Below are positions 42,456-52,824 of a DNA stretch of 64,000 nt, piece by piece. The position numbers were made by a program, and so were the translations under genes. Location: contig CAVSBO010000016.1 in NCBI GenBank assembly GCA_963726195.1, forward strand, positions 96,001 to 160,000. Direction: 5' to 3'. Numbering within the stretch: position 1 is the first letter of the stretch; every line of letters begins with the position of its first letter. The notes beneath the pieces were generated by a model that saw nothing but the letters and a program-made list of their open reading frames with translations, was not told the origin of the DNA and made no database searches. The stretch is from Candidatus Thorarchaeota archaeon. Its GTDB lineage: Archaea; Asgardarchaeota; Thorarchaeia; Thorarchaeales; Thorarchaeaceae.

Positions 42456-43507
42456 TTAGGTCTGCTACCATCTGGTATTCATGAGGGGCGCTCTCGCGAA
42501 CACGCTTCACTTGTCCTATTTCCAGTACTTCTCGTCCATTGCTCTTGATTAGCCCTGCAACTCTCTCGACCAGTTGCTGTTCAGGATTCTGCACCCCGAC
42601 AAATTCGTAATAGTGAACTATTCCGCCCTTCTTGACCGCTTGACAGGCCTGTCTCATGAATTGGAATGAATTCGAAGGATGGTTCATTATGACACGATCT
42701 GCATTCCGATTGAAGTTGTCCATAACGTAGTCGCGCGAATCCGCGACGACCGGAACGATGTCACCTTTGAGAACGATTCATCCTAATGCTCTGTTCCAAC
42801 AACTTGATGGCTTCGGGATTAATGTCGATGGCCACAATCTGCGAACTGCTGAGTCTGGCGATGTGCAACGCAAAACAGCCGACACCGGTGAACATGTCCA
42901 CGACCAGTTCGCCATCATTTACCTGCTTGGCTACCCTCTGATGTTCTTCAAGCAATCTGGGACTGAAGTAGGCAGCGGCCAAGTCTACAGCTATTCTGCA
43001 TCCATATTCCAGCTGCACCGTTGCTGTCTTGTTGTTACCCGCGAGGAATTCGTATTCTCGTGTCCTTGTTATGCCCGATACAGCTCCCTTCTTTGCGAGC
43101 ACCGTTGAGACACTCTTGTGTGCCGCCAGAAACGCTTGGCCTATCTGCTGCTTGTATTGCGACATCTCATCAGGGATTTCAAGCACCGCTATGTCCCCTA
43201 CCAAGTCGTACGCCCGGGGAAGTAGTCCAACCTCCTCCTCAGTCAACTTGCCACCCAGTGCGTCCTTGAGAGTCTTGGGAGTTCGCAAGACCGGGACAAA
43301 ACGCCTGACACCGGTTTCAAAGGCCTCACTTCCGACAATGCTGTGAATCTTCTGAGTCTCCAACTCCCCTAGTAGAGGAAAGAACAGCATGTCATCCTCT
43401 GATTCGATTTTGCAGTCGGTATCGAGCAGTCGTGCACGCAAGAGAGCCTTCCTGACTCTGTCTCCCAGACTCGCGGACACCTTAAGGAAAAACCTGTCAG
43501 GAGACAT
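42445..43507 (-). CDS. trm5: tRNA (guanine37-N1) methyltransferase Trm5 (frameshift at about 42772)
   Basis: YDLVGDIA, YFSPRL, DMFTGVG, DINP, DRVIMNHP, VHYY. Confidence 0.9.
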
Positions 43508-43567
43508 CGAACCGGACTATGGATAGATGCCTACAGAAACCTATCGGAAGTATCTTAGGGTTATAGT

Positions 43568-44788
43568 TTAGCCTTTCATTGGACATCTTAGATAAACTTG
43601 CGGCTTCACCAGTTCATCGAGATGCCTCGCGAGTTCATCGGCATCTCTCGTCTCCGCCGCTATCAAGGGTAACCCGGCCGGAAGTACTGCGGCATCGAAC
43701 CACGAAACTTCCGGTGAAACTCCTCTCATCTTTAGGTAAATGTTGATGCCCGCGTTGAACTGCCGGTCGATTTTCAATCCACATGACGGACACTCGAAGA
43801 CCTTCTCAGCTCTCAGGGATTTGTTTGTTGCCCCGCACCTACTGCAGCGCTTCGATGTCCATGCCGGATTTACCTCGATGGTCTCGGCTTTGTTCTTCAC
43901 GAGCTGGCAGAGTTGCCGCCAGTCCGCATGGTCAAGATTGCGGTTCCAGCGGTGTTGATGGTTCTTGAACAGGTATTTCTTCTCCAAATCCTCGAACCCG
44001 TGGATTGCGGGAACCTCTGTCATCTGGTCGGCAACGTGGCGCAGGAATTCCTTCACTCGGTTCCTGCACCGTGCGCGGTACTTTGCATAGAGCTTCTTGC
44101 CCGCCTTTTTGCTCCGTGCATAGACCCTGTTGATGTTTCTCAGCTTGTTGTCATACGTGACGTGGATGGTGTGCAACGGCTTGATGTCCACCTTGACCCA
44201 ACCACGACTCCTCGAATATCCATCGATGGAGAGCAAGTTGGAGTCCCACCCGACCATGTTCCTCTTGTCTGCCTCAGCATCCGGAAGTGTGATTGGGATG
44301 TGCACTTTAGTGTCGGTGAGGATCGGTTCTCCAATCTTCCCGTCCAGCGCAAAGTACCGCTTGGAGAGGTCGATGTAGACAAACTGATTCGGCTTGATTG
44401 AGATTCGCATCCGTTCGTTCTCAACCTTCATCAATGTTTGTTTCACCCGGACGAAGAACCGCTTCACGACGGGCTTGTTTCGCTTCCGCCATCCCTTGTT
44501 GTAGTTCTTCTTCCATGAGTCGATGATGGAGAACGCGGTCTTCAGTGCGGAGTCGATCCAGTGCGCGGAATACTCCCACCCGTCGAGGAATTCGCCCCGC
44601 ATCTGCTTCTTGAACGCATAGCTGGGGATTGACGGGAATACCCGCACCTGTTTGTCGCTCTTCTTCGGCTTCTCCGTCCAGTGGATGTTTTCCCAGATCT
44701 CGGAGATCATCTTGTTGAGCGCATCCCGATAGGCCAAGAAGAACCCATCTAAGCGGAGGCCATGCTTGAGCGTATATGTTTTAATCAC
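43568..44788 (-). CDS. tnpB: IS607-type TnpB, RuvC-III DRQ variant
   Basis: GWDSN, GFEDL, CSRCG/CPSCG, IDRQFNAG. Confidence 0.88.
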   Translation of the reverse strand: MIKTYTLKHGLRLDGFFLAYRDALNKMISEIWENIHWTEKPKKSDKQVRVFPSIPSYAFKKQMRGEFLDGWEYSAHWIDSALKTAFSIIDSWKKNYNKGWRKRNKPVVKRFFVRVKQTLMKVENERMRISIKPNQFVYIDLSKRYFALDGKIGEPILTDTKVHIPITLPDAEADKRNMVGWDSNLLSIDGYSRSRGWVKVDIKPLHTIHVTYDNKLRNINRVYARSKKAGKKLYAKYRARCRNRVKEFLRHVADQMTEVPAIHGFEDLEKKYLFKNHQHRWNRNLDHADWRQLCQLVKNKAETIEVNPAWTSKRCSRCGATNKSLRAEKVFECPSCGLKIDRQFNAGINIYLKMRGVSPEVSWFDAAVLPAGLPLIAAETRDADELARHLDELVKPQVYLRCPMKG

Positions 44789-44931
44789 TCGACATCATCT
44801 TTACCCACGATGATGCTCCTAGCGGCGTCGACCATCCGTTTCGACTTGTGGCTTCGCAAGCTGTGCGGCTTTCCCGAAAAGTGCGCGATGATCGCAATAA
44901 GGTCTCGGACGAGTTTCTCTCGTGGAGTGGT
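44785..44931 (-). pseudogene. C-terminal remnant of an IS607 serine-recombinase TnpA
   Basis: Manual frame TPREKLVRDLIAIIAHFSGKPHSLRSHKSKRMVDAARSII; its stop overlaps the tnpB GTG. Confidence 0.75.
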
Positions 44932-45098
44932 GTAGGCACCGCGTTGTTTTCATGCGTCCACTACGGGCCGTACGTTCTTTGAGGGAGTATATAAACCACG
45001 CACTGCGGAAGGCGTTCTCGTAATAAGAGCCTCCGTCACGTACTACGAAGTTGTATTTCTGGCTGCGGGCATGGCTCCAAATGCATTCTGTCCAGATA

Positions 45099-46187
45099 CT
45101 ACACACCTAACCTAGTAGTACTAATGAACTCCTTGCCGTACCCATCCTTTGTACCCACCATAATCTGATAAAATGCCCTCTTGTCGCGGCCACGTTTTCT
45201 AGAAGTAGGTTCTACTCTCTGTACCACTCCGGTGACGTCAACCTTGTCACCGGGTTGCAGTAGGCCTCTGAAGATTCCGTCGTAAATCATGATGCGAGTC
45301 ACGATATTGCCTTGGGTCGCGTCTGTGGGTTTCGAAGTGCCCTCATATATCGCAGGCATAAATATCCCATACCTCGAATCTTCAATCTCCATGCTGATGG
45401 TAACTGGATTTTCAACTAGTGATTTGTAATGCTCGTCCCCGTAGCGTATTGGTGCCTGTGTTGGCAATAGCACAGGCATTACCCCAATTCCCCTTCCTTC
45501 AAGATGGAATTCCCTGCGCCGGGAGGACAGCGTTTCGTAGGCATTGGAGACCGATGTTGGCAGCTTGTTTGCGGACGTGGAATCCCCTGAACGCCTACCT
45601 GAGAAATCTCCAACACGGACGCAGCTGTTCTGCTCTGCAATTTCGTCATAGCCTTCCTGAAGGCGCCACGCTTCTTTGAAACCATAGACATTCATGTTGA
45701 TGTCCGAACGCTTGGGGTCGTGAGCCTTCCAAGAAATGCTGCCAGTGACTCCGAGGCTGTCGAAGGAGATGTCGAGCGTATCATGTATGATTTCGGCCAA
45801 CCGCATGGCGCCTGCTTCGAGCTCGTCGAGCGGGCCTTCGTGAATTATCTCTCTCAGTCTCAACTCGGGACTAAAGTATCGTTTAACATCCTTCCTTGGC
45901 AGCTCGAGCAACTCCGTATGGAAGTGCAGGTCGTCGACCAGATACGTCGAAGGCACCAAGCTCATGCCCTCGACTACAGAGCTGACTTGGCCCCAGAAAA
46001 TGCGCCTGTAACTTGTGCTTCCGCTATGCCAGTCGCCGTCTCGGTCTGGAATGTATTTCAAGAAGCAGATTATGCGGTCTTGTGGCTGTACATATCCAAG
46101 AGTGACAAAGACCCGCCCGTCTATATCATGAACCACATCGCGATCTCTCAGTTGTTTGGGCAGGCGGGTCGTGGCGGCCTTGGTCAA
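45099..46187 (-). CDS. Pol-beta-type nucleotidyltransferase (COG1665-like)
   Basis: LRDRD, CFLKYIP, LGVTGS...SDINMNVYG. Confidence 0.75.
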   Translation of the reverse strand: MTKAATTRLPKQLRDRDVVHDIDGRVFVTLGYVQPQDRIICFLKYIPDRDGDWHSGSTSYRRIFWGQVSSVVEGMSLVPSTYLVDDLHFHTELLELPRKDVKRYFSPELRLREIIHEGPLDELEAGAMRLAEIIHDTLDISFDSLGVTGSISWKAHDPKRSDINMNVYGFKEAWRLQEGYDEIAEQNSCVRVGDFSGRRSGDSTSANKLPTSVSNAYETLSSRRREFHLEGRGIGVMPVLLPTQAPIRYGDEHYKSLVENPVTISMEIEDSRYGIFMPAIYEGTSKPTDATQGNIVTRIMIYDGIFRGLLQPGDKVDVTGVVQRVEPTSRKRGRDKRAFYQIMVGTKDGYGKEFISTTRLGV

Positions 46188-46271
46188 GGCTCAGTTCCTC
46201 TTGGTGACTGAAAATTGAGAGTTAGACTGATTAAGATGATGTTTCGCAGATTGAAAAATGGAGCCCTGTAG

Positions 46272-47492
46272 ATGAGAATTCTTCATGTCTGCGACAGCCT
46301 GAACCCAGCAGGGGTTGGGGGATACGAGTCATACTTGCATCATCTATCCCGAGTGTTCGCATCTGAAGGGCACGAATCGTTCATAGTGACTCAGTCGCCT
46401 GGTATTGAGTCGCCCGAGTCCATAACACAACCACATTGTCGACTGTTCCACCTTTCAGGCAATTTGCTGGAGGCCAGGAAGTGGGAATTCTTGTCGTTGC
46501 CTGAGGAGAGGAGGGCTTCAGCAGCAAAAAGCATGTTCAGTGAGAATGATGTCACTGCTGACGTTCAAATTTTGACAGGCCAACTCAGAACACTGGTCCG
46601 AGACCTGAACCCCGACGTAATCCATGCACACAGCACATACGTCGTCTTCAACAGAGTATTGGCAGAAGTGCGTCGTGACGGGATGCTTGCTGGGATACCG
46701 GTACTCGCGACAATCCACGGTCTTCCCAAAACTCTCGTCCTTCCGGACGGAAGAACAACAACCGACTACGAGCAGCTCGCTCAATCCTGTCCGTTTGATA
46801 CAATTACTGCGGTGAGCAAGTGCGTAGCGGTTGCTTTGCGTGAACACCTCCCCAAGGGGCTAGATGACTTGGTCCAAGTGCTCTACCTTGGGGTGGATAC
46901 ATCTGTCTTCCGACCTCAGATCCACGCGAACAAGCGCTGGGACTTGGCATTCTTTGGCAGAATTGAGCAGGTCAAGGCTGTAGACCTGTTGCCAAGCGTA
47001 TTATCGGCTCTAAGACTCCGCCTTTCGGAGATTCGTTTGGTAATTACCGGAGAAGGGTCATATCGAAGGACGCTCTTCGACGAATTCAAGAGAGAAGATG
47101 TTACAGATTTGGTAGACTATCTAGGCGTTGTGCCCATCGAGACGATTCCGAACCTTCTAAACAGTACCCGGGTCTTTCTTTATCCCTCAAGACAAGAAGC
47201 CCTTGGCCTATCATTGATTGAAGCAATGGCCTGTGGCGTTCCCGTAATAACCACGAATGTCTTCGGTCCCTCTGAGATAGTGACACACGCTCGTGACGGC
47301 ATCGCTGTGAGACCGGGAGATTCGATAGAGCTGTCCGAAGCAGTCCTAGAAGTACTCACTGACTCCCAACTGCGCTCCAGACTTGGACGGAATGCACGTA
47401 AGACCGTAGAGAAGCGATTCGACCTGAAGAAACACTCCGAGCAGTTGCTCTTGCTTTACCGTGGGTTAAGGCATGCTCGTCATCAATCATAA
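46272..47492 (+). CDS. GT4 glycosyltransferase
   Basis: GGYE, PDVIHAH, FGRIEQVK, EALGLSLIEAMACGVPVI. Confidence 0.92.
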   Translation: MRILHVCDSLNPAGVGGYESYLHHLSRVFASEGHESFIVTQSPGIESPESITQPHCRLFHLSGNLLEARKWEFLSLPEERRASAAKSMFSENDVTADVQILTGQLRTLVRDLNPDVIHAHSTYVVFNRVLAEVRRDGMLAGIPVLATIHGLPKTLVLPDGRTTTDYEQLAQSCPFDTITAVSKCVAVALREHLPKGLDDLVQVLYLGVDTSVFRPQIHANKRWDLAFFGRIEQVKAVDLLPSVLSALRLRLSEIRLVITGEGSYRRTLFDEFKREDVTDLVDYLGVVPIETIPNLLNSTRVFLYPSRQEALGLSLIEAMACGVPVITTNVFGPSEIVTHARDGIAVRPGDSIELSEAVLEVLTDSQLRSRLGRNARKTVEKRFDLKKHSEQLLLLYRGLRHARHQS

Positions 47493-47524
47493 GTCACTCA
47501 AGGGCACGCAAGGATATGTAACGG

Positions 47525-47663
47525 TGGCGGGCCAGGGGGGATTCGAACCCCCGACCAACAGGTTTCTCGGCCTCTCAGCGGATGCTGAATGATCTAAGAG
47601 CCTGTCGCTTTGGGCGGCCTTGGCTTTACAGCACATCGCTATACCTGGCTTAGCCACTGGCCC
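47525..47663 (-). tRNA. tRNA-Lys(CTT) with two introns (37/38 and D-arm, about 22/23)
   Basis: GGGCCAG acceptor, GCTA/TAGC D-stem, ACAGG-CTCTTA[31 nt]A-CCTGT, GGTTCGAATCC, CCA. Removing two 31-nt inserts gives 77 nt. Confidence 0.88.
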
Positions 47664-47866
47664 GGTGAGTTGGCATCTCGCCCATTTCTGGTTATAGAGA
47701 TTTCGGAGCATTCCCGCGACAATCAGGAAGTTGATTTCAAGACGGTTAGATTAGCAGTTCGCGGTCGCTCATTCATTCTCTCGTGTCCTATGTCTAGAGG
47801 AAGGCGTTTGTCACGAACTGTACTCAGCGTTTGCAGTAATGTTTCAGCCGGTTCTCTCGGTCTCCT

Positions 47867-49771
47867 TCATGGTGTTTCCCACCATCTCTCGAACTCCTGG
47901 CCCCTATGTTCTATTTCTGTGATTGCTTTCTCCGTTTTGATAGGTCTGCTTTTCAGAAATGTCTTCATCAGCTCCCTCTTTCTGATATCATTGGGTGGAG
48001 TGATTATGCCAAGCTTCGCAGTGTCCTTGACGCTTTTTGTTCGAGCATTCCAGGCCACACTCACTCTACCTGTGGCGGGGTAGTATCGGATCATATAGGG
48101 TTTCGTCTCGACAGCCACGCCCAAGCTCCGAGCAATCTCAGTTTCATCCATAATCAATCTGTTACGATTGCGTCCCACGATTTCTTGTAGATTGGCGGGA
48201 ATTCGGGCAGTCTCATTGTCCGAGTTCTCAGCCAACTCATGCAGCCGTCCCCACGATAGTGACCACGCTTTCTTCCCACGATCCCCATGTTGCCTGATAA
48301 GCCCTATTTCCTGTTCTCCGGCTTTTGGCTCGAATCCATATTTTTCTGCCTTATTCCCTGCATGCAGTGCGTTGGCACGAGTCCATATTACCTTTCCTTG
48401 ACCAACACATCCCTCTTGACATATCAGGTCCTCCATGTATGCTCGCCTGACTCTCTCGGAGCCCTCCGTGATGCTTGAGAAAAGGCCCGGATTCTGAAGA
48501 GTCCTATCGCCTGCTGGAATACCCAAGGACATCAATGCTATTCCTATGACAGAAGGAAAATGAGTCATGTAATGGCCTTGACCCTCGACATACCTTGGTG
48601 TGGGATCGATGTCTCCGAAGCGTCTGAAGCTCTCCACAACCCTATCGATTCGACTTATCTCGGGCTCGCCGTACTTGATTACCCCATTCGGTTCAATCGT
48701 GCAGTCTGAAACCACTGTTGCCGTAATCCTTGAAATTGCAATCTCACGTTCCTCTCGCCCGGGAAAGCGAGGGTTCTGAAGCCCACCTGGTCCACCACGT
48801 CCTGCAATCTTTGATATCTGGCCATTCAAGTCGGAAAGAGTCTTTCCTGAAATGTCATTCATCAGACTGACATGGTCTCCCCGAATTCGGTGAGTGCGCA
48901 CGTTAACGCAATTGGGTTCTACCGGGTCTGTCAATAGCTGGGGAGCCAGCTTGTCAAGACGCTTCAGGATTTCATCTCTACTTCGACCTTCTAGCCCCAG
49001 AGCACCTCCAAAATCAGTGATGTATCTGTTGAATGTCGTCACATCACGGAAACAATAATACAGGCTGCCATAGGCATTCTCAAGTCTAGTAGGAGTTAGG
49101 TCTGGTTTCCATAGATAGAGCGTTCCATCGTCCATTCCGTACCGAACACCCCCTTTCCTATCGAGGAACTCGTGAGTCTGATGGAGTGCCTGTCCAAGAG
49201 AGTGAACCTCCTCTGTTGACAGGGACGAACTCTCCTGAATGTCCATACGGAATATCCTCGATGATTCGGGTAACCTACGACTGAGGCTTTCCAAGGCACG
49301 AGAGAGACTATCCTTGTTCATGTCCCCGAAATCGGAAAACACCTGTCTTGACTCATTTCTGGATATTCTCTGAAGCCCCTTATTCGGCTCTCTTACACCC
49401 TCCTTTCGTTCCTTGAACTCTGTTCCTGTCTTCTCCGAGATATCCTCGATTCCAGCCCTCTCACCGAACTTCTGGGCAATCTTCTTCGACTTCTTCTCGG
49501 TAGCATCTTCTTGGTTCTCAGTCTCCTGAGATCTGAGACGCTCTCTGCCTGTCAAGACAGGTCTTCCGTTCATGTCGCCCCTCTGAGACAGGTGACCTTC
49601 CTTTGGCTCGACCCCCTCACTTCGTCTTCTAGGCGCTCTGCCATTGGTCTCCGACCGTCGTCTTACCTTGAACTCGTCTGCTATTCGACTTGATTCTGTT
49701 TCGGCCAGTTTCTGCCGGTCGGTGTTATCTCTCGGTTGTCGGGACTCCTTAGGTTGCAGTCGTCTACTCAC
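47867..49771 (-). CDS. Large protein with charged low-complexity N-terminus and C-terminal LAGLIDADG-like nuclease fold
   Basis: Two degenerate motifs, ISRITATVVSDCTI and RRAYMEDLICQEGCV, with LMSLGIPAGDRT between them. Confidence 0.6.
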   Translation of the reverse strand: MSRRLQPKESRQPRDNTDRQKLAETESSRIADEFKVRRRSETNGRAPRRRSEGVEPKEGHLSQRGDMNGRPVLTGRERLRSQETENQEDATEKKSKKIAQKFGERAGIEDISEKTGTEFKERKEGVREPNKGLQRISRNESRQVFSDFGDMNKDSLSRALESLSRRLPESSRIFRMDIQESSSLSTEEVHSLGQALHQTHEFLDRKGGVRYGMDDGTLYLWKPDLTPTRLENAYGSLYYCFRDVTTFNRYITDFGGALGLEGRSRDEILKRLDKLAPQLLTDPVEPNCVNVRTHRIRGDHVSLMNDISGKTLSDLNGQISKIAGRGGPGGLQNPRFPGREEREIAISRITATVVSDCTIEPNGVIKYGEPEISRIDRVVESFRRFGDIDPTPRYVEGQGHYMTHFPSVIGIALMSLGIPAGDRTLQNPGLFSSITEGSERVRRAYMEDLICQEGCVGQGKVIWTRANALHAGNKAEKYGFEPKAGEQEIGLIRQHGDRGKKAWSLSWGRLHELAENSDNETARIPANLQEIVGRNRNRLIMDETEIARSLGVAVETKPYMIRYYPATGRVSVAWNARTKSVKDTAKLGIITPPNDIRKRELMKTFLKSRPIKTEKAITEIEHRGQEFERWWETP

Positions 49772-50150
49772 CCTCCTGTACCGATTGCTTGTTGTGAAAT
49801 GCCCTGAACTTCTCAGTTATGGTGTTTGATAGTTCTTCAGCGTGCTCCTGCACCCCCGCACCTAGGTCACTCCAATGGCCACCTGAACTCTTTGTCGTGG
49901 TATCCTCTTTCTGTGCCAGCTGGAGTTTCCAACGCATGGACCTTGATAGTTGTTCAATTCGGGACTCCTCCTCTGTCATATCTTGAGGGAGCAGTCTTCT
50001 GCGATTCGGGTCATCTCTCCTCACAATGACAATGTTCCTTGCAATCTCCTTTGCAAGCATGTGGGTCCGCTCATCTTCTTTGGACTCTCTTGCCGAAGCA
50101 ACCCGTTCTGCTACACCAGCTCTGTCGGCGGGCACAAACTCAGGAGGCAT
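49764..50150 (-). CDS. Hypothetical charged helical protein
   Basis: Overlaps both neighbouring genes, consistent with translational coupling. Confidence 0.55.
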   Translation of the reverse strand: MPPEFVPADRAGVAERVASARESKEDERTHMLAKEIARNIVIVRRDDPNRRRLLPQDMTEEESRIEQLSRSMRWKLQLAQKEDTTTKSSGGHWSDLGAGVQEHAEELSNTITEKFRAFHNKQSVQEGE

Positions 50151-52824
50151 GAAGACTCCTTCTTCGGTCCTTGCTCAGAGGGTTTTCATTCAGGAGATTC
50201 GAGATAAGTGCGAAGTCGGGCTGTCGCGGTGGAGGACCGCACAAGGCAGACGCAAGTTCAACTATGGTGAAAGCTGTCTCGAACGGGGTTATTCGAACAT
50301 AGGGCATGTGTAAGGCATAGTGCGCGACCAGCTCTTCAAGCATGGTTGACTCCGGATTTTCGACGCACTCTGCAAGAGATTCTTCGTACAAGTTACGAAA
50401 GGCCTTTGTTTGGACCATGTCTCGAATCTGTGCCACAGACCTGTCGCCATCCTGTTCGGAATCCTCTTGTGCCATGCGACGCCTTAGAACAGGAATGGTT
50501 GGGGTCTTGGCAAACTCAGGATGATGCGCGTAGAAGTCAAGCATCCGCCTCTTCACGTCAGCATCAGTCCAAACCCTGTTCATCTCTGGGTAGTAGTCCG
50601 GGTCGTGAATGACTCTCACCTTTGCTGGAACTATGCTCGATGGCTCCGCAATCACAGCTTCTCCTGTCTGGAGAGCGGGAATGTGCGCTTTCTGTTCATC
50701 ATTCGAGTTTGTTTCGGCAGCCATGAGCTCGATGTCATCAGGACTCGTGAGCTTGTGCACGATCCGTGTGTGGCAGTTCTTTATCGCATCCCGGGCAAGG
50801 CGAGTCGGTATCTGCTCGCACAGAACAACACCCAATCCATAGCTCTTGCTTCAGCAATCATGTTGACGAACTGGTTGACCACCTGACGCTTGGCCATCGC
50901 ATGCTCGCCCATGTCTAGAGTCTTCGGCAACTCCTCCAAGACACGGTGTGCCTCATCTACGACAAGGAGAGGCTCGTAATCTGTCCGACGGGCCGAGCTG
51001 CCTGAAGTACTCGTAGACTCGCACGAGAAGCAGGCTGAGCACGAATGCCTTGAACTCGGGGTCAGTGAGGGGTTCGAGTTCGATGATTGTAGGCTTCGAT
51101 ATGATTTCGGACATGGGCAGGTTGCTTACCGTGTTGAATATCGCAGCTCGTGCCGGACTGCATAGGTCTTCGGCCCTCGCGATTAGCGCGCCATGGAAAT
51201 CCTGAGACAACTCAGAGCCATACTGCAAGACCTCCTCGCAATACCTGTCAACCTCTTCACGGAAGGAGTCGAGAGTGATGACATTGCCACGGACTTCGTT
51301 CACGGGGTCCCAGCCGTTGTGAATGTAGGTTTCTTCAAGCATCCTTCGGACATGGTTTGCCAACATACCGTAGAGCGGCCATGCAGCCACAAAACAGGAG
51401 TAAAGGAAGCCGATATGGGACTGTACTGGTACGCCCGGCTCAGGCATGAAGGGATTATCCCGCCAAGGTGCAATGCTCTCCTGTCCAACAGTGAAGAGCC
51501 TCATCTCAGGAATAACTCCAAGCAGAATGCGAGCATCTGTCTTGACTGGTTCGATGATCAGACTAGGTACGCCATTCTTCCATGCGTCGATGATTAACCT
51601 GTTCTTGGATGTGCTCTTTCCGGTGCCTGTCTTCCCAACGATTGTCACATGATATCGGAGAGATTCGAGCTCGATTGTCTTGAGATAACGAGGGTCTGGA
51701 GAGTCTAGGCGGTAAGGCTGGCCCAAGACAACCTTGCCGGGCTGAAAGGCTACGTCCTGCGAACCTCTCCCGACCGACTGACTGCCGGCAGTTGTGAAGG
51801 ATGCCGGGCTTGAAGACGCAAGGCCGAGCTCAATACTAGGAATCTCGAACAGACTGACTGCTTCGGCAGGTGTGAGGAGCGTCGCAGGAAGTTGCCCCTT
51901 GCCCACGAGCAATCTGCGCAGAATCTCAAGAGCCTTCGTTCCTTTGAAGCGATTGACTCTCATCTGTTGTTTACTGTCAGCAGAGGATATGGTGGAGAGT
52001 AGTACGCCGACTGCACGGTCCAGAGCCGTCCCGGCATTCTCCGAACCCCAGAAGGCAAGCGCTACCTGACAAGCGAGAACTCTTCCAGACTGCATCCTCT
52101 GATATGTTGCCTCGTGCGCTGATGAAAGCCTCATGGAGTCTACATCAACCTTGGACCCACTCTCTTGCGACCGGAGCAATCCTGAGCTGCCACGCTGACG
52201 TTGCGACCTTTCCAAGGCCGACTTGTATCGCTTTTTCGACAAATAGCGAACAAGGTACTCAGGCCTTCTCGGCCGTGCCGAGACCTGATACAATGCCGTA
52301 CCGGGATATTGAGCCATGATGTGAGCAAGTCCGTTCAACGGCTGATCTGCTGGCTTAGGCACTCCTTTCACGACAACAATTTCGCATGGTAACTCAAGAG
52401 GGGGCAGAGAGTCAAAGACGTGTGCTATCTGGAAATCAGGGAACTGTGCCAAGAACGCCGACTCTATGGCGCTCACACTTGGTTGGCTGCGCATCCCTCC
52501 ATAGAGCAGGCGGATGTTACCAGCGTTTGCCTCAAATCTGAAGTGTACAGACAGATTGGCAAACATCAAGGCACCGAGGAAACGCTCAAACTTAGCTCTC
52601 CTGCCTGCAGAACCATGTCCGTCCGCTTGCTCGTGGCGTGGAGACTCTGTTAGGACGATATACCCACGAGGTATCTTTTCGATCCTAGCACCCACGGTTG
52701 CGATTCTTCTTGACACATCGCTCCTGACTCTCAAGAGTAGGTGGCGCTCATCCCTAAATAACGCCACAGGAGAGGCCGTGTTGCGGTTAAGGTAGTCCAA
52801 CCACATAATCATCTCTCTTGCCAA
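50140..52824 (-). CDS. HerA/VirB4/TraD-like (DUF87) ATPase with long N-terminal domain (frameshifts at about 50970 and 50845)
   Basis: GKTGTGKS Walker A, reconstructed LLVVDEAHRV Walker B, and EARSYGLGVVLCEQIP. Confidence 0.85.

Noticed and set aside
3491-43507. Calling smc, scpA, hypA, rqcH, proS, NOG1, ribK and trm5 pseudogenes or programmed frameshifts
   Set aside because: Several are essential genes. The lesions are single indels with no other decay or slippery sites, and most lie at AGCT, so sequencing artefact is the better explanation.
44789-44818. CATCATC/GATGATG hairpin upstream of both DRQ tnpB copies as a transposon left end
   Set aside because: The shared stretch is explained as the coding tail of the IS607 tnpA remnant.
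47867-49771. Intein or intron-encoded homing endonuclease
   Set aside because: No HINT splice motifs (N-terminal Cys/Ser, C-terminal His-Asn) and no interrupted host gene.
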